Shown here: positions 51,463 to 61,763 of the stretch, in pieces | Layout: each line of letters starts with the position of its first letter | Numbering within the stretch: the stretch's first letter is position 1 | NCBI GenBank assembly: GCA_963693095.2 | Contig: OY843768.1 | Location: 608,001-672,000, forward strand | Direction of reading: 5' to 3' | Origin: Cenarchaeum sp. | GTDB lineage: Archaea; Thermoproteota; Nitrososphaeria; Nitrososphaerales; Nitrosopumilaceae | DNA: 64,000 nucleotides | The notes under the pieces: generated by a model | Seen by the model: the letters and a program-made list of their open reading frames with translations, nothing else | Database searches by the model: none | What the model was told of the DNA's origin: nothing | Made by a program: the position numbers and the translations under genes

Positions 51463-51530
51463 GCGCACGCGAATGGCCATGCCGCGCCGCTTGATGTGGG
51501 TTAATTAAAGAGGGGCACGGCGAATGCGCA

Positions 51531-52820
51531 TTGAGCGCCGTGATGCCCGCAATCGCCGGAGCAGTCTGCCTTGCGGCCGGACTCGCCATAGGGCTTTGGG
51601 CCGCGGGTCTCTCTTTTGTTGACACGGCGGCCCCCGCAGACGGCATGGGTGCCGCCGACGAGGGCCTCTCGGGCACAGTCGAGATTGGCTTTCTCCTCCC
51701 GCTGACGGGCGGGCAGTCCACGCACGGCGAGGAGAATGCGGCCGGTGCCATGCTTGCGATCGAAGACCTCAACGACTACCTCACCGAGGTGGGCGCTAAC
51801 TGGCAGGCACGTGGCGTTGTAGAGGACACTGCGACTAGCCCCGTCGTTGCCACCGAAAAGCTGACCACGCTCAACGCGCGCGGGATAGAGATCATAGTCG
51901 GCCCGCAGACAAGCGGCGAGGTTCGCGCGGCAAAGGGATATGCCGACTCTAATGGAATGCTGCTCTTTAGCCACGCGTCGACTGCGCCGTCACTTGCAAT
52001 CCCAAATGACAGCGTGTACCGCATGATCGTCGATGACACAAAGCAGGGACCGGCCATCGCAGCCCTCGCAAAGCGCTCTGGGGCAGATGTCCTGATACCG
52101 GTCTGGAGAGGCGACACATGGGGTGATGGCCTCGTCGAGTCCGCGTCTGCATCGTTTGTGTCGCGAGGCGGCACAGTCGATGAGGGCATACGCTACAACC
52201 CGGAATCAGTAGAGTTCTCGGCCACGGTGTCGATTCTCGCCGAAAGGGTTGCGGCCCATGTGGAAAGCTCTGGCACCGATAACGTGATCGTCCTCCTGGT
52301 GGCGTTTGCCGAGGCTCTCCCAATAATGCAGACTGCAGCCATTCATGACATGCTTGATGACGTGCGCTGGATTGGCAGTGACGGAAGCGCACTCGAGCAC
52401 AAGATCACGACAGACCCAGTGGCCTCGGCGTTCTCTGACTCTGTCGAGTTTACGACTGTCCAGATATCGGCATCGCACAACGAGATATACGAGAGTGTGC
52501 GCACGCGGCTTGCCGAGCAGTTTGCCGGACGCGACGTGAACGGGTATGCGTACACGGCATATGATGCGACATGGGTCATGGGCCTCTCGGTCCTGCATGC
52601 CGGCTCGTCTGATGCGCAGCTCGTCGAGCGCGCCATCCCGACTGTCGCCGCAAGCCACTTTGGCGCCATAGGCAACACACGGCTCAATGACGCCGGTGAC
52701 CTGGCCGGCGCCAACTATGACCTCTGGGCCACCGTTGGGGGCGAGTGGGTGAACACTGGAATGTACATGCTGTCAACGGACACCATCATGCCTGTCACCG
52801 GCATGGCGGAGGGATCATGA
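51531..52820 (+). CDS. Branched-chain amino acid ABC substrate-binding protein (LivK-like), copy 1
   Basis: N-terminal TM; IG..LPLTG, EDT..SP, STAP.L, D..QG.A.A, GD.WG.G, AYDA. Confidence 0.9.
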   Translation: MSAVMPAIAGAVCLAAGLAIGLWAAGLSFVDTAAPADGMGAADEGLSGTVEIGFLLPLTGGQSTHGEENAAGAMLAIEDLNDYLTEVGANWQARGVVEDTATSPVVATEKLTTLNARGIEIIVGPQTSGEVRAAKGYADSNGMLLFSHASTAPSLAIPNDSVYRMIVDDTKQGPAIAALAKRSGADVLIPVWRGDTWGDGLVESASASFVSRGGTVDEGIRYNPESVEFSATVSILAERVAAHVESSGTDNVIVLLVAFAEALPIMQTAAIHDMLDDVRWIGSDGSALEHKITTDPVASAFSDSVEFTTVQISASHNEIYESVRTRLAEQFAGRDVNGYAYTAYDATWVMGLSVLHAGSSDAQLVERAIPTVAASHFGAIGNTRLNDAGDLAGANYDLWATVGGEWVNTGMYMLSTDTIMPVTGMAEGS

Positions 52821-54085
52821 TGGCAGTAGGGGGCAAGACGGCAGCAGTGGGCATAGTGGCCCTCATCGTCGGCATCACGATCGGCTTTTTTGCTACCGGC
52901 GGCAACACGATCGCCGACACGCCTGCTGCGCTCCCGCCCGGAGAGATGGGCATGGGGACCCAGGACACATACACGCTGGGCCACATTGCGCCACTGACAG
53001 GCGATCTCTCCCAGTATGGGCAGGACGGCATTGCCGCAGCGCGCCTGGCCGAGGCTGACTTTAACGAGTATCTCGAAAAGGTGGGCGCGACATGGCGGCT
53101 TGCGCTAGCGCACGAGGACAGCCAGACAAACCCCGTGCTCGCGCTAGAAAAGATCACTGCGCTCAAGGCCAGGGGCATTGACACGTCGATCATATACTCA
53201 AGCGCGGCGGTCAACTCGGTAAAGGGATATGTCGACGCAAACGGCATGGTCGTCATTAGCGCAACGTCGACTGCACCGCAGCTTGCGGTGTCCGGCGATG
53301 GCGTCTTTCGCCTTGTCCCGGATGACACAAGGCAGGGGCCGGCCCTCGCAGAGCTTGTGAGTGGCTCGGGAGTCGAGATCATGGTGCCGATCTGGCGTGG
53401 CGACACGTGGGGAGATGGCCTGCACAGGACAGCAGTGGACGCATTTGTGGCCATGGGAGGAACCGCTGATGAGGGAATTCGCTACAACCCCGAGTCACCC
53501 GCGCTCTCCGTGTCAGCATCGGTTCTTGCCGAGAGGGTCGGCGCACTAGTCGACGAGCATGGCGCGGATCGCGTTGGTGTCCTCACGATAGGGTTTGCCG
53601 AGACGCTCGAGCTCATGCAGGAGGCCTCTGTCCATGACATACTCGATGATGTCTTGTGGTTTTGCACGGACGGCATAACCAACAACAGCGCACTCATTGA
53701 TGACCCGATAGGGCTGGCGTTCGTCGAGTCAACGCGCCTGCGCGGCACACAGCCTGCGGCAGCCGAGACTCCACAGCGCACCGACGTTGAGGCGCGACTT
53801 GTGGACGAGCTTGGCCGTGTGCCAAACACGTACTCTTTTGGCGTGTATGACGCAGTCTGGCTCTTTGGCAAGTCTGTGCTAGAGTCAGGCAGCACGGACG
53901 CCGAGGCCATTCGCGCTGCGCTCCCGGCTGTTGCCGGCGCGCACAGCGGGGCCATAGGGCACACTGCGCTCAATGACGCTGGCGATCTCGACTCGGGAGA
54001 CTTTGCCATATGGGGAGTCATTGATGGCGAGTGGGAGGTCGTGGGGACATACATGTCACAGGCCGGCACGATAGCGCCCGCCTAG
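52817..54085 (+). CDS. Branched-chain amino acid ABC substrate-binding protein (LivK-like), copy 2
   Basis: Paralog of the upstream gene; shares WRGDTWGDGL, EGIRYNPES and LNDAGDL. Confidence 0.9.
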   Translation: MMAVGGKTAAVGIVALIVGITIGFFATGGNTIADTPAALPPGEMGMGTQDTYTLGHIAPLTGDLSQYGQDGIAAARLAEADFNEYLEKVGATWRLALAHEDSQTNPVLALEKITALKARGIDTSIIYSSAAVNSVKGYVDANGMVVISATSTAPQLAVSGDGVFRLVPDDTRQGPALAELVSGSGVEIMVPIWRGDTWGDGLHRTAVDAFVAMGGTADEGIRYNPESPALSVSASVLAERVGALVDEHGADRVGVLTIGFAETLELMQEASVHDILDDVLWFCTDGITNNSALIDDPIGLAFVESTRLRGTQPAAAETPQRTDVEARLVDELGRVPNTYSFGVYDAVWLFGKSVLESGSTDAEAIRAALPAVAGAHSGAIGHTALNDAGDLDSGDFAIWGVIDGEWEVVGTYMSQAGTIAPA

Positions 54086-54834
54086 CCAATTCCAAGGTAT
54101 AGCTTGCTCAGGTCGTCCCTGGCGAGGAGCTCGTCAGGGCTGCCGGCAAAGACCGCACCCCCGTTTGCGAGAACCGTCACCGCATCGCCAACCTCAAGGG
54201 CGCGCCTGACGTTCTGCTCCACGAGGACGATCGTGATGCCAAACTCCTCGCGCATCTTGCGGATCTCGTCGAGAACCTCGCCGGCAAGCTTGGGCGAGAG
54301 GTTTGCGGTGGGCTCGTCAAAGAGCATGACATCAGGCTTTCTGACAAGGGCCATGCCCATGGCGAGCATCTGGCGCTCACCGCCGCTGAGGGCCTCTGCG
54401 CGCTCGTCAGCATGCCTGACTAGCGCGGGAAATGTCTCCATGACTCCCTCGGCGCGAGAGCGCGCCTCCTCGTCGCCTAGCGTGTATCCGGCCATGACGA
54501 GGTTTTCGCGCACGCTGAGGTTGGTGAACACGTTCTTTACCTGCGGGAGGTACGCAATGCCCTCGCGCGCAATGCTGTGGGGCGCCATGCCAGTTATGTC
54601 GCGCTCTGCGTATGACACGCTGCCAGAGTGGACCGAGCACAGGCCAAACATGCTCTTTAGGAGCGTCGACTTGCCGCTGCCGTTGGGCCCGACAATCACG
54701 GTGATCTCGTTCTTTTTGGCATCAAAGTTCACGTCAGATATGACCGTGCTGCTGCCATATCCGGCCACGAGGCTGCGCGTCCTGATGAGTGGGGTATCAG
54801 CGGCCAAGGTATGACTCTGCGACTCGCTCGTCAT
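54082..54834 (-). CDS. livF: Branched-chain amino acid ABC ATPase LivF
   Basis: AGYG, GPNGSGKST, LSGGERQMLA, DEPT..LSP, LVEQN. Confidence 0.93.
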   Translation of the reverse strand: MTSESQSHTLAADTPLIRTRSLVAGYGSSTVISDVNFDAKKNEITVIVGPNGSGKSTLLKSMFGLCSVHSGSVSYAERDITGMAPHSIAREGIAYLPQVKNVFTNLSVRENLVMAGYTLGDEEARSRAEGVMETFPALVRHADERAEALSGGERQMLAMGMALVRKPDVMLFDEPTANLSPKLAGEVLDEIRKMREEFGITIVLVEQNVRRALEVGDAVTVLANGGAVFAGSPDELLARDDLSKLYLGIG

Positions 54835-55552
54835 TGACGATCTCGTCTGCGCTCCCACTTGCTATTATGCGACCGTGATCCATGGCAAAGACGTGGTCTG
54901 CGTACTTTAGCGATATGTCAAGGCGATGCTCTATGATGAGAAACGTGATTCCCGACTCTGAGGCCATGTCCTGTATGCCCTTGAATATGTCGTGGGCAAG
55001 CGTGGGGTTTACGCCCGCTATGGGCTCGTCCATGAGCAAGACGCGGGCATTGCCGACCTTTGCCTTTGCGAGCTCGAGGAGCTTGCGCTGGCCACCGCTA
55101 AGGCTGTCACTCCTTGTCACGAGCTTTTCATGCAGGCCTGATGATGAAAGCGCGCCTATGGCCATGCCCATCGCGCGCTTTTCGTCCTCCTTCCACACGT
55201 GGTGCAGCGGCGCGTTGCGGTACGACTCGCCCACATTGTCGCCTGTGGCGACGAGGACGTTCTCGAGCGCAGTCAGCATCGAGAATGACTGGGGTATCTG
55301 GAATGTGCGCACGAGGCCAAGGCGGTGCGTCTGGAGCATTGGGCTGTTTGTGATGTCCTCCTCGCCAAGCCTTACGCTTCCGGCATCGGCACGAAGCGCA
55401 CCAGAGATGACGTTTATGAGCGTCGTCTTGCCGCTGCCGTTGGGCCCGATAAGCTGGTGAATCCTGCCCTCCTCTAGGTCCATGTCCACGCCGTCGAGGA
55501 CGACTAGGCCGCCGAAGAGCTTGCGCACGCCCCTGACCTGCAGTATTGCCAT
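54797..55552 (-). CDS. livG: Branched-chain amino acid ABC ATPase LivG
   Basis: K.FGGL, GPNGSGKTT, RTFQ, LSGGQ.KLLE, DEP.AG.NP, IEH, V.ESYLG. Confidence 0.93.
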   Translation of the reverse strand: MAILQVRGVRKLFGGLVVLDGVDMDLEEGRIHQLIGPNGSGKTTLINVISGALRADAGSVRLGEEDITNSPMLQTHRLGLVRTFQIPQSFSMLTALENVLVATGDNVGESYRNAPLHHVWKEDEKRAMGMAIGALSSSGLHEKLVTRSDSLSGGQRKLLELAKAKVGNARVLLMDEPIAGVNPTLAHDIFKGIQDMASESGITFLIIEHRLDISLKYADHVFAMDHGRIIASGSADEIVNDERVAESYLGR

Positions 55553-55820
55553 TGCAGCAAGCGCCTCGACTGGGCAGAATTAAGGGTTTTGAGGCGCCTG
55601 CGCCAACTGGCAGCTCGTGCCCCCTGCCCGCCTCCACACCGCAGAAGCATTGCCGCGACGCGAGACCGGCAGATGCCCACGGCACTCTTAAATCCGCGCG
55701 TCAGGGCACATCGCGCATGACGCGAGGTGCAAGAGCCCATGCGCAGCCGTGCGCTGAACCCACACCCTGGCCAGCCGACCAGTCGCGCCGCGCACACCCG
55801 TTGGGGCGGAAACGGGCACC

Positions 55821-56834
55821 ATGATCAGGCTCAGGCTCTGGCATGTGCCGGTGATCGGCACTGTCGTGGCAGCAGCGGCAGTCCTTCTCGTCTCGCCGGA
55901 TCTGTCGCCAGACCCGATATTCTCTGCGGCCATCATATACTCTAGCCTTCTTGTGCTCCTTGCGCTGGGACTCACGATGACATACATGACAACACGCGTG
56001 CCAAACTTTGCGCACGCGTCGGCTGCGACGATCGGCGTGTATGCCGCCCTCGTGGTGTCGCGCGTGTGGGAGCTCTCGCCATACCTGTCAATACCCATAG
56101 CCTTTGGAATTGCGGGAGCCTCGTCAATTGCGCTATACACGTTCATACTAAAGCCGCTCATACGCAAGAACGCCTCGCAGGCAATACAGATGATATCGAC
56201 GCTGGCATTTGACCTTGTGCTCATTGCGGCCCTGAACATAACGGCAGACTATATTGTGCGCACGTACCATGTCACGGCCCGCGAGTTTACGCTTCGCAGC
56301 TATGATGCGCAGGTTGGCGATCTTCCGGCGGTTCTCTTTGTGGCACCTGTGGTCATTGCCGGAATCGTGATTGCCCTGCACATTATGCTAAAGCACACGC
56401 GCTTTGGAATTGCAATGCGCGCGACGATTGAAAACCCCGACCTGTCTAGCGTTGTGGGCATTAATGTTCGAAACGTGTATGCCGTGTCGTGGTTTATTGG
56501 CGGTGGTCTAGCAGGCGTGGCCGGAGCGCTAATGTCATTGTGGTTTCAGGGCGATCCCGGACTCGGCGCACTCTTGATACCGAGCATATTTGCGGCTAGC
56601 ATAGTCGGGGGATTTATGAGCATATATGGCGCGATCGCAGGCGGGATTCTCGTTGGGCTCACGGAGATACTTGGCACGCGCTGGCTTGCCGGCGAGCTGG
56701 GCCCATGGGTCATTGCGTACAGGCCGCTAGTCCCGCTCATATTCATCGTAATCACGCTGATGATCGTGCCGCGCGGTCTGGCAAGCGTCGACTGGCGCGC
56801 ACTGGGGAGGAGGTTGCATGTCATTAGGGCCTGA
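55821..56834 (+). CDS. livH: Branched-chain amino acid ABC permease LivH
   Basis: ALGLT...NFAH, T.FG.AMRA..N..L...GIN, GG..S..GA..GG. Confidence 0.92.
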   Translation: MIRLRLWHVPVIGTVVAAAAVLLVSPDLSPDPIFSAAIIYSSLLVLLALGLTMTYMTTRVPNFAHASAATIGVYAALVVSRVWELSPYLSIPIAFGIAGASSIALYTFILKPLIRKNASQAIQMISTLAFDLVLIAALNITADYIVRTYHVTAREFTLRSYDAQVGDLPAVLFVAPVVIAGIVIALHIMLKHTRFGIAMRATIENPDLSSVVGINVRNVYAVSWFIGGGLAGVAGALMSLWFQGDPGLGALLIPSIFAASIVGGFMSIYGAIAGGILVGLTEILGTRWLAGELGPWVIAYRPLVPLIFIVITLMIVPRGLASVDWRALGRRLHVIRA

Positions 56835-57900
56835 GGTGACGTTCTTTGTCGACCTCCTTGCGATATACTCGATATACCTGATAATCAACACGAGCCTAAA
56901 CCTCGAGTTTGGCTACGCGGGAATCCCGAACTTTGGAAAGGTTCTCGCAGTGGGCGCCGGCGCGTTTGTCGCAGCGGCCATACCGGGGCGCATACTGGCA
57001 AACATGGCGGGCATCGAGGGCGACTATATCACCGAGAACATATCCATAATGTCGCAGGTCAACACATGGCTCGTTGACAATACGGGAGTCGGGTTTATCG
57101 TCTTCTTTGTCACGCTGGCGATCGCCGGAGTCGTGGGAGCTGTCCTTGGCCTCCTCACGGCATATCCGGCCATACGGCTGCGCGGGGACTATCTCGCGAT
57201 AACGCTTCTTGCGTTTGGCGAGGGAATGCGCGTAATCGGGATCAACTATACAGAGATCGCCGGAGGCACACTCGGCGTGCAGCTTCCGGATCCGCTCGTG
57301 TGGCTGCCGCAGGACTTGAGGTTTCCAATAGCCACCGTTGGCCTCGTAGCGATGGCAGCCGTGGCCATGATCTACAGCGACAGGCTCGTGCGCTCCCCGC
57401 TAGGGCGCCTCTTGCGCGCCGTGCGGGACAACGAGGTCGCCGCCGAGTCTGTCGGCAAGGACGTCATGCGCGCACGCGTAAAGACGATAATGATAGCAGC
57501 CGCGATGGCCGGAATCGCCGGCGCAATGTACGCGTTTTATGTCGGCGGCGCAATATCGTTTGCGTATGACCGCCTCAACTGGACGTTCTGGCCGTTCATG
57601 ATGATACTCATCGGCGGACTTGCCAATAGCCGCGGGGTCCTGCTCGGCACGCTTCTCTTTGTGCTTGTGCGCAAGCTCATCACGTTCTACAAGGACTCGC
57701 TGCAGGGCTTTGTCCCCTTTGACGTCGTCTGGCTCGACTATCTCCTTCTTGGGGCAGTCCTCCTTGCGGTCCTCCTCTACAGGCCACAGGGCCTGCTCTC
57801 AGAAAAGGCGACTCCGACAATTCGCGTGCCCGGCCTGCCGCGCGAGGAGTCAATCCTCTCGCGCCTTGGCGGCATTGCGCGCCGGCTTGCCGGCGCCTAG
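56818..57900 (+). CDS. livM: Branched-chain amino acid ABC permease LivM
   Basis: LNL..GYAG..NFG, RLRGDYLAI.LL.F.E, SP.GR..RAVRDNE.AA, RPQGL. Confidence 0.93.
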   Translation: MSLGPEVTFFVDLLAIYSIYLIINTSLNLEFGYAGIPNFGKVLAVGAGAFVAAAIPGRILANMAGIEGDYITENISIMSQVNTWLVDNTGVGFIVFFVTLAIAGVVGAVLGLLTAYPAIRLRGDYLAITLLAFGEGMRVIGINYTEIAGGTLGVQLPDPLVWLPQDLRFPIATVGLVAMAAVAMIYSDRLVRSPLGRLLRAVRDNEVAAESVGKDVMRARVKTIMIAAAMAGIAGAMYAFYVGGAISFAYDRLNWTFWPFMMILIGGLANSRGVLLGTLLFVLVRKLITFYKDSLQGFVPFDVVWLDYLLLGAVLLAVLLYRPQGLLSEKATPTIRVPGLPREESILSRLGGIARRLAGA

Positions 57901-59129
57901 CGCGACTTTTTCAGCCGTGATATCTCGGCGGCCACTAGGGGCAGGAATGCCCCAACGTCAGTCACCACGCCTAGTGCTTGCCACGTGCCGCGATCCATCA
58001 GCTTTGTGACTGTCGGCTGGCTAATGTCCACGACGACGACCTTTACGTCTGCAGGGAGCATATTTCCAGTCGCTATCGAGTGGAGCATCGTTGAGACCAT
58101 CATGACCATGTCGGCGTCCTTTAGGACCTTGCGGTACTCGCGCTGGGCCTCGACCATGTCGGTGATGACGCCAGGCAGCGGCCCGTCATCGCGTATAGAG
58201 GCGGCGAGAACCAGGGGCACATGCCCCTTTATGCACTCGTACACTATGCCGCGCCGGAGCTTGCGCGTGGAGACCATTCTCGAAAACGTGCCGGCCTTGA
58301 AGACAGAGTTTATCGCGTCCATGTGGTTGCGATGGCCGCGCACGGCAAGTGTCCCGTCGCGCACGTTCATTCCAAGGGACGTGCCCATCGTGGCGTACTC
58401 TATGTCGTGGACGGCTAGCGCGTTTCCGGCCAGGACGGCATCAATGAGCCCCGCTCGTATCATTCCGGCCACGGCGTCAGCTGCGCCCGTGTGCACTATT
58501 GCCGGACCGCCGACTAGGACTATGCGCCCGCCGCGCGCCTTTGTGCGAACAATGTCCTCGGCGACGCGCCTTGCTATGTGCTGCGTTGGCCTCTCACTAG
58601 AGCTGCTGCTTCCCATGAACTCAAAGACGTTGACGCCCTCGCGTGGCCTCTGCGGCGGCGTGACGCGGACTCCGGACTCCCCAGTGACGATCTTGTCACC
58701 GCGCTTTACGTGGCGTACGGGCATGCACGAGGCGCGCCCTCCCTTGATCACGATGCACTTGTCCATCATCATGTTGTCCACCTCGACCCACTTGCCATCG
58801 ACGCGCACGTGCGTGCGGTTGTTCGTCGTGCTGTAAAAGTTCGCAGGCATCACCATGTCTCGCTGTGCGACGCGCACCACCGCATTCTTTGGCTCACTCG
58901 AGGTTGCGCCGTGGCGATACACGTGCTCTAGTATGCTCTCAAGGCCACCTTCCGTGTCTGCGCGAACGAGGAGACGGGCGCTGCTCTTGTCCTTTTTGCG
59001 CTTTCCGATCTCCATGTTTAGGACCTCAAACTCGCCGTCCATGTCCATGATGGAGTCAAAGACCCTTGACAGGGTCATAGAGTCGACAATGTGCCCCTTT
59101 ACCTCGATCTCTTGCTCGTGCCGCGCCAT
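57897..59129 (-). CDS. TIGR00300 / LOR-SDH (ArgZ C-terminal-like) putative ornithine cyclodeaminase
   Basis: GHIVDS, P.NFYSTTN, MD..I, FEFM...SSE, GPAIVHTG, GNALAVHDIE, SIRDDGPLP, MLHSIATGN, TKL.DRG. Confidence 0.92.
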   Translation of the reverse strand: MARHEQEIEVKGHIVDSMTLSRVFDSIMDMDGEFEVLNMEIGKRKKDKSSARLLVRADTEGGLESILEHVYRHGATSSEPKNAVVRVAQRDMVMPANFYSTTNNRTHVRVDGKWVEVDNMMMDKCIVIKGGRASCMPVRHVKRGDKIVTGESGVRVTPPQRPREGVNVFEFMGSSSSSERPTQHIARRVAEDIVRTKARGGRIVLVGGPAIVHTGAADAVAGMIRAGLIDAVLAGNALAVHDIEYATMGTSLGMNVRDGTLAVRGHRNHMDAINSVFKAGTFSRMVSTRKLRRGIVYECIKGHVPLVLAASIRDDGPLPGVITDMVEAQREYRKVLKDADMVMMVSTMLHSIATGNMLPADVKVVVVDISQPTVTKLMDRGTWQALGVVTDVGAFLPLVAAEISRLKKSR

Positions 59130-59219
59130 CGCGCAGCACAATTGTGTGCGATAACTAAAACCTTGCCTTGCGCTGGGCGTGGGGGCTGCCCGCATGAAGG
59201 GGCAGGTCCGCGCGCAGGC

Positions 59220-59570
59220 CTAGACTGGCAGGGTCACCTCTCCCTTGAACTCGTGCAGGCCGTCAATGTCCAGGTCGCCGAGGAGGCGCTTTTTTTGCTC
59301 CTCGGTGACGTTTTGCACAATTGCCTTTGCCATGCCTTCAGAGTCAACTAGTGCGAGAAGGTACCCGCTTCCGTCAGCGAGGACAAACCCCGGCGCGTTT
59401 GACACAAAGGCGTACATCGTCTCCTCGCCGACAGGCTCCCATGACGCGCTGCTAGTCGTGTTGCGCAGCGCGAGTGCCGGAAGCGCGCCATCGCCGGCGA
59501 TTGCGCCAAGATACTCGCGTGCCTTGGCCACCCTCTTCTGTCCCACCTTTAGGGCCGCAAAATAGCGCAT
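59220..59570 (-). CDS. Hypothetical protein
   Basis: 116-aa ORF with host codon usage; AT-rich TATA-like stretch ~25 nt upstream. Confidence 0.7.
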   Translation of the reverse strand: MRYFAALKVGQKRVAKAREYLGAIAGDGALPALALRNTTSSASWEPVGEETMYAFVSNAPGFVLADGSGYLLALVDSEGMAKAIVQNVTEEQKKRLLGDLDIDGLHEFKGEVTLPV

Positions 59571-59621
59571 TCTGGCACGCTCACGCGCCGTCGCCGATAT
59601 AATTGTGTGGGAGAACCGCAC

Positions 59622-59936
59622 TCACTTGTCGCCGCGGGGCGCGCCGACCATGTCGCCCTCGGGGACGTCCTGGTCCCATGTCCCCCTTGCGCCCTTTACC
59701 AGGGCAAATCCGGCAGCGCCGACTAGCGCAATCGGCAGCGCGATGGCCCATGTGCTCTCTGCGAGAACCTCGTCGCAGTCACGCGCCATACTGCCCGAGT
59801 CATCAAAGTTGCGGCACTTTTCAAACGTCTCGGCCTGCATGGCCGCATTGACATACACGGATCCAAACACGCCAAAGGTGACTAGTGCGGCAAACGCAAG
59901 CGCAACGCCGGCAACAACAAATCTCATGTCACTCAT
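59622..59936 (-). CDS. Small two-TM membrane protein
   Basis: Two hydrophobic segments flanking a Cys pair; overlaps the upstream gene's stop. Confidence 0.7.
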   Translation of the reverse strand: MSDMRFVVAGVALAFAALVTFGVFGSVYVNAAMQAETFEKCRNFDDSGSMARDCDEVLAESTWAIALPIALVGAAGFALVKGARGTWDQDVPEGDMVGAPRGDK

Positions 59937-60400
59937 CGCGCCGCGCCCTCGACAAGCCTCTTTAGGCTCCCTAGTGATGCCGTGTAGAGCGTGCCTAGCG
60001 ACGCGGCGACACGGCCAAACTCGCCGCTAGTGGCCTCTGCGTCAAAATAGGATCTCCACGTGACACGCGCGGCCCCGCGCCCCACCGGCACTATCCCGAT
60101 TGTCGCGTGGTACGAGTCCAGTGGAAGCCCGTCTAGCATGATGTACGATATGTACTTGCCCTCGACCCATCCGACGATCCTCTCGCTTACGACTGCCCCG
60201 TCATCAAACTTTATTGTCCGCCCCGCGCCGATCCCGCTGCGCACAGAAGAGTGCGCCTTGACGCCCTTTACCCCGCTGACCCACCGGCCCATATCCATCA
60301 CCTTGCTGACCCTTGCCCACACCGCCCGTGACTCTGCCCTGATGAGCACGCTGCGGCTAACGGTGCCGCTCCGGTGGGCCTTTGCCGAGCTTTTGGCCAT
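59933..60400 (-). CDS. SRPBCC / polyketide-cyclase-like protein
   Basis: V.I.A....VW, G.G.GR, E.I..W..G..Y, VTW, C-terminal helix L..LK..VE. Confidence 0.85.
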   Translation of the reverse strand: MAKSSAKAHRSGTVSRSVLIRAESRAVWARVSKVMDMGRWVSGVKGVKAHSSVRSGIGAGRTIKFDDGAVVSERIVGWVEGKYISYIMLDGLPLDSYHATIGIVPVGRGAARVTWRSYFDAEATSGEFGRVAASLGTLYTASLGSLKRLVEGAAR

Positions 60401-60476
60401 GTGCCCCCTTTGCAGGCGCGCCGCGTATTAAATCTTGAAAAAACGCATAAAACTCCCCACTGCACGAGGCGCGCCA

Positions 60477-61763
60477 ATGGTGTTTGGATGGAAAAAAAAG
60501 GCCCCGCCTGCCGAGCCGCAGCGCATGGAGGCCCCGCGCGAGATAGAGATCTCTAGCATCGGCGCCGAGCTCGACCGCCTGTCCTCGGCTCGGCGCGAGC
60601 GCCTCGTCAGTGACGCAAAGTCGATCGTCGGGAGCATCGGCGGCGGCCTCGGCGAGATGCTCGGGATGGTCGAGCAGCTCGAGCGCGAGGAGCTCATAGA
60701 GGAGGAGACTGACAGGCACATCCGCGCGATCGTGAATCGCGGCAAGAAGCAGGTTATCGCGATAATAAGGAGGGAGGCAAAGGCCGGAATCCCGGACGTG
60801 CGCGAGTACCAGGACGTCATCGAGGCCAACCGCGAGGCCCATCGCATACTAAAGATCATAGGGGATGTCCTTGGACGGCAGACGCGCGTCATCCACATAT
60901 TTGCCAAAAAATACGCAACGCGACTAAAGTCCACACTGTCAACACTCAACACAAAAAAGGACGAGCTCGCGCGCGCTGTGCGTGACCACGAGTCATTCGA
61001 GTCATCTGTCAAGGACATACGTGAACGCATAGTTGCATTCGACGCGCTGCGTGAACGCGCGCGCAGCTCGTCAGGACGAGTGGCGGCCATCGTCGAGGAG
61101 CTGGGCAAACAACGCGAGGTACAGCAGGCAGCATCAGAAAAAATATCGACGATCATGTCGACGCCCGAGTTCGCCGAACGCTCTAAACATCTTGAGGCGC
61201 TTGAAAAGTTAGGTGCCGAGCGAACCGCACTTGATCGGGAGATAGGCGGATCATTTGCAAGGATAAGCCGTCCACTCTCAAAGTACGTCTATGTCACCTC
61301 GCTTGACAAGGAGAAAAAAACCGTAATGGCCAGGATGCTTGCCGAGCCGGCAGCCGCCCTGCGCGAGTCCGGCCCTGACATTGTGCTTGACATACTTGTT
61401 CACGTCAGAAAGGCAGTCTCATCGGCATCTGTCTCCGTAAAGGACATATCGAAATCCGAGGAGCAGATTGACGCAGTGTCTGAGGGTCTTGGGGAGTTTG
61501 TCTCGCGCATGGCCTCACTGGAGGAGCGCAAGGGTGAGATTGCCGAGCGCGTTCGCTCCTTTGACTCCTCGCAGCTTGACTCTGCGCGCGCAACGCTCGA
61601 GCGGGCCACGTCTGACATTGCGGCACTGGAGTCGCGCGAGCGCGAGATTCGGGCCGATGCCGTGGCCGCCGAGGCCGAGATTCCCTCGGCCCTCAGTGCC
61701 CTCGAGTCGCGCATGCGCGCCGTGACGTCAGTCGCGTATACGGTCCGGATGCCAGACGCCTAG
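60477..61763 (+). CDS. Long coiled-coil hypothetical protein
   Basis: MVFGWKKK start; heptad-rich; no NTPase motifs. Confidence 0.78.
   Translation: MVFGWKKKAPPAEPQRMEAPREIEISSIGAELDRLSSARRERLVSDAKSIVGSIGGGLGEMLGMVEQLEREELIEEETDRHIRAIVNRGKKQVIAIIRREAKAGIPDVREYQDVIEANREAHRILKIIGDVLGRQTRVIHIFAKKYATRLKSTLSTLNTKKDELARAVRDHESFESSVKDIRERIVAFDALRERARSSSGRVAAIVEELGKQREVQQAASEKISTIMSTPEFAERSKHLEALEKLGAERTALDREIGGSFARISRPLSKYVYVTSLDKEKKTVMARMLAEPAAALRESGPDIVLDILVHVRKAVSSASVSVKDISKSEEQIDAVSEGLGEFVSRMASLEERKGEIAERVRSFDSSQLDSARATLERATSDIAALESREREIRADAVAAEAEIPSALSALESRMRAVTSVAYTVRMPDA

Noticed and set aside
60477-61763. Coiled-coil protein as an SMC/Rad50 or part of the GHKL island
   Set aside because: No Walker motifs, mostly host-like composition, and separated from the island by a ~290-nt spacer with its own promoter
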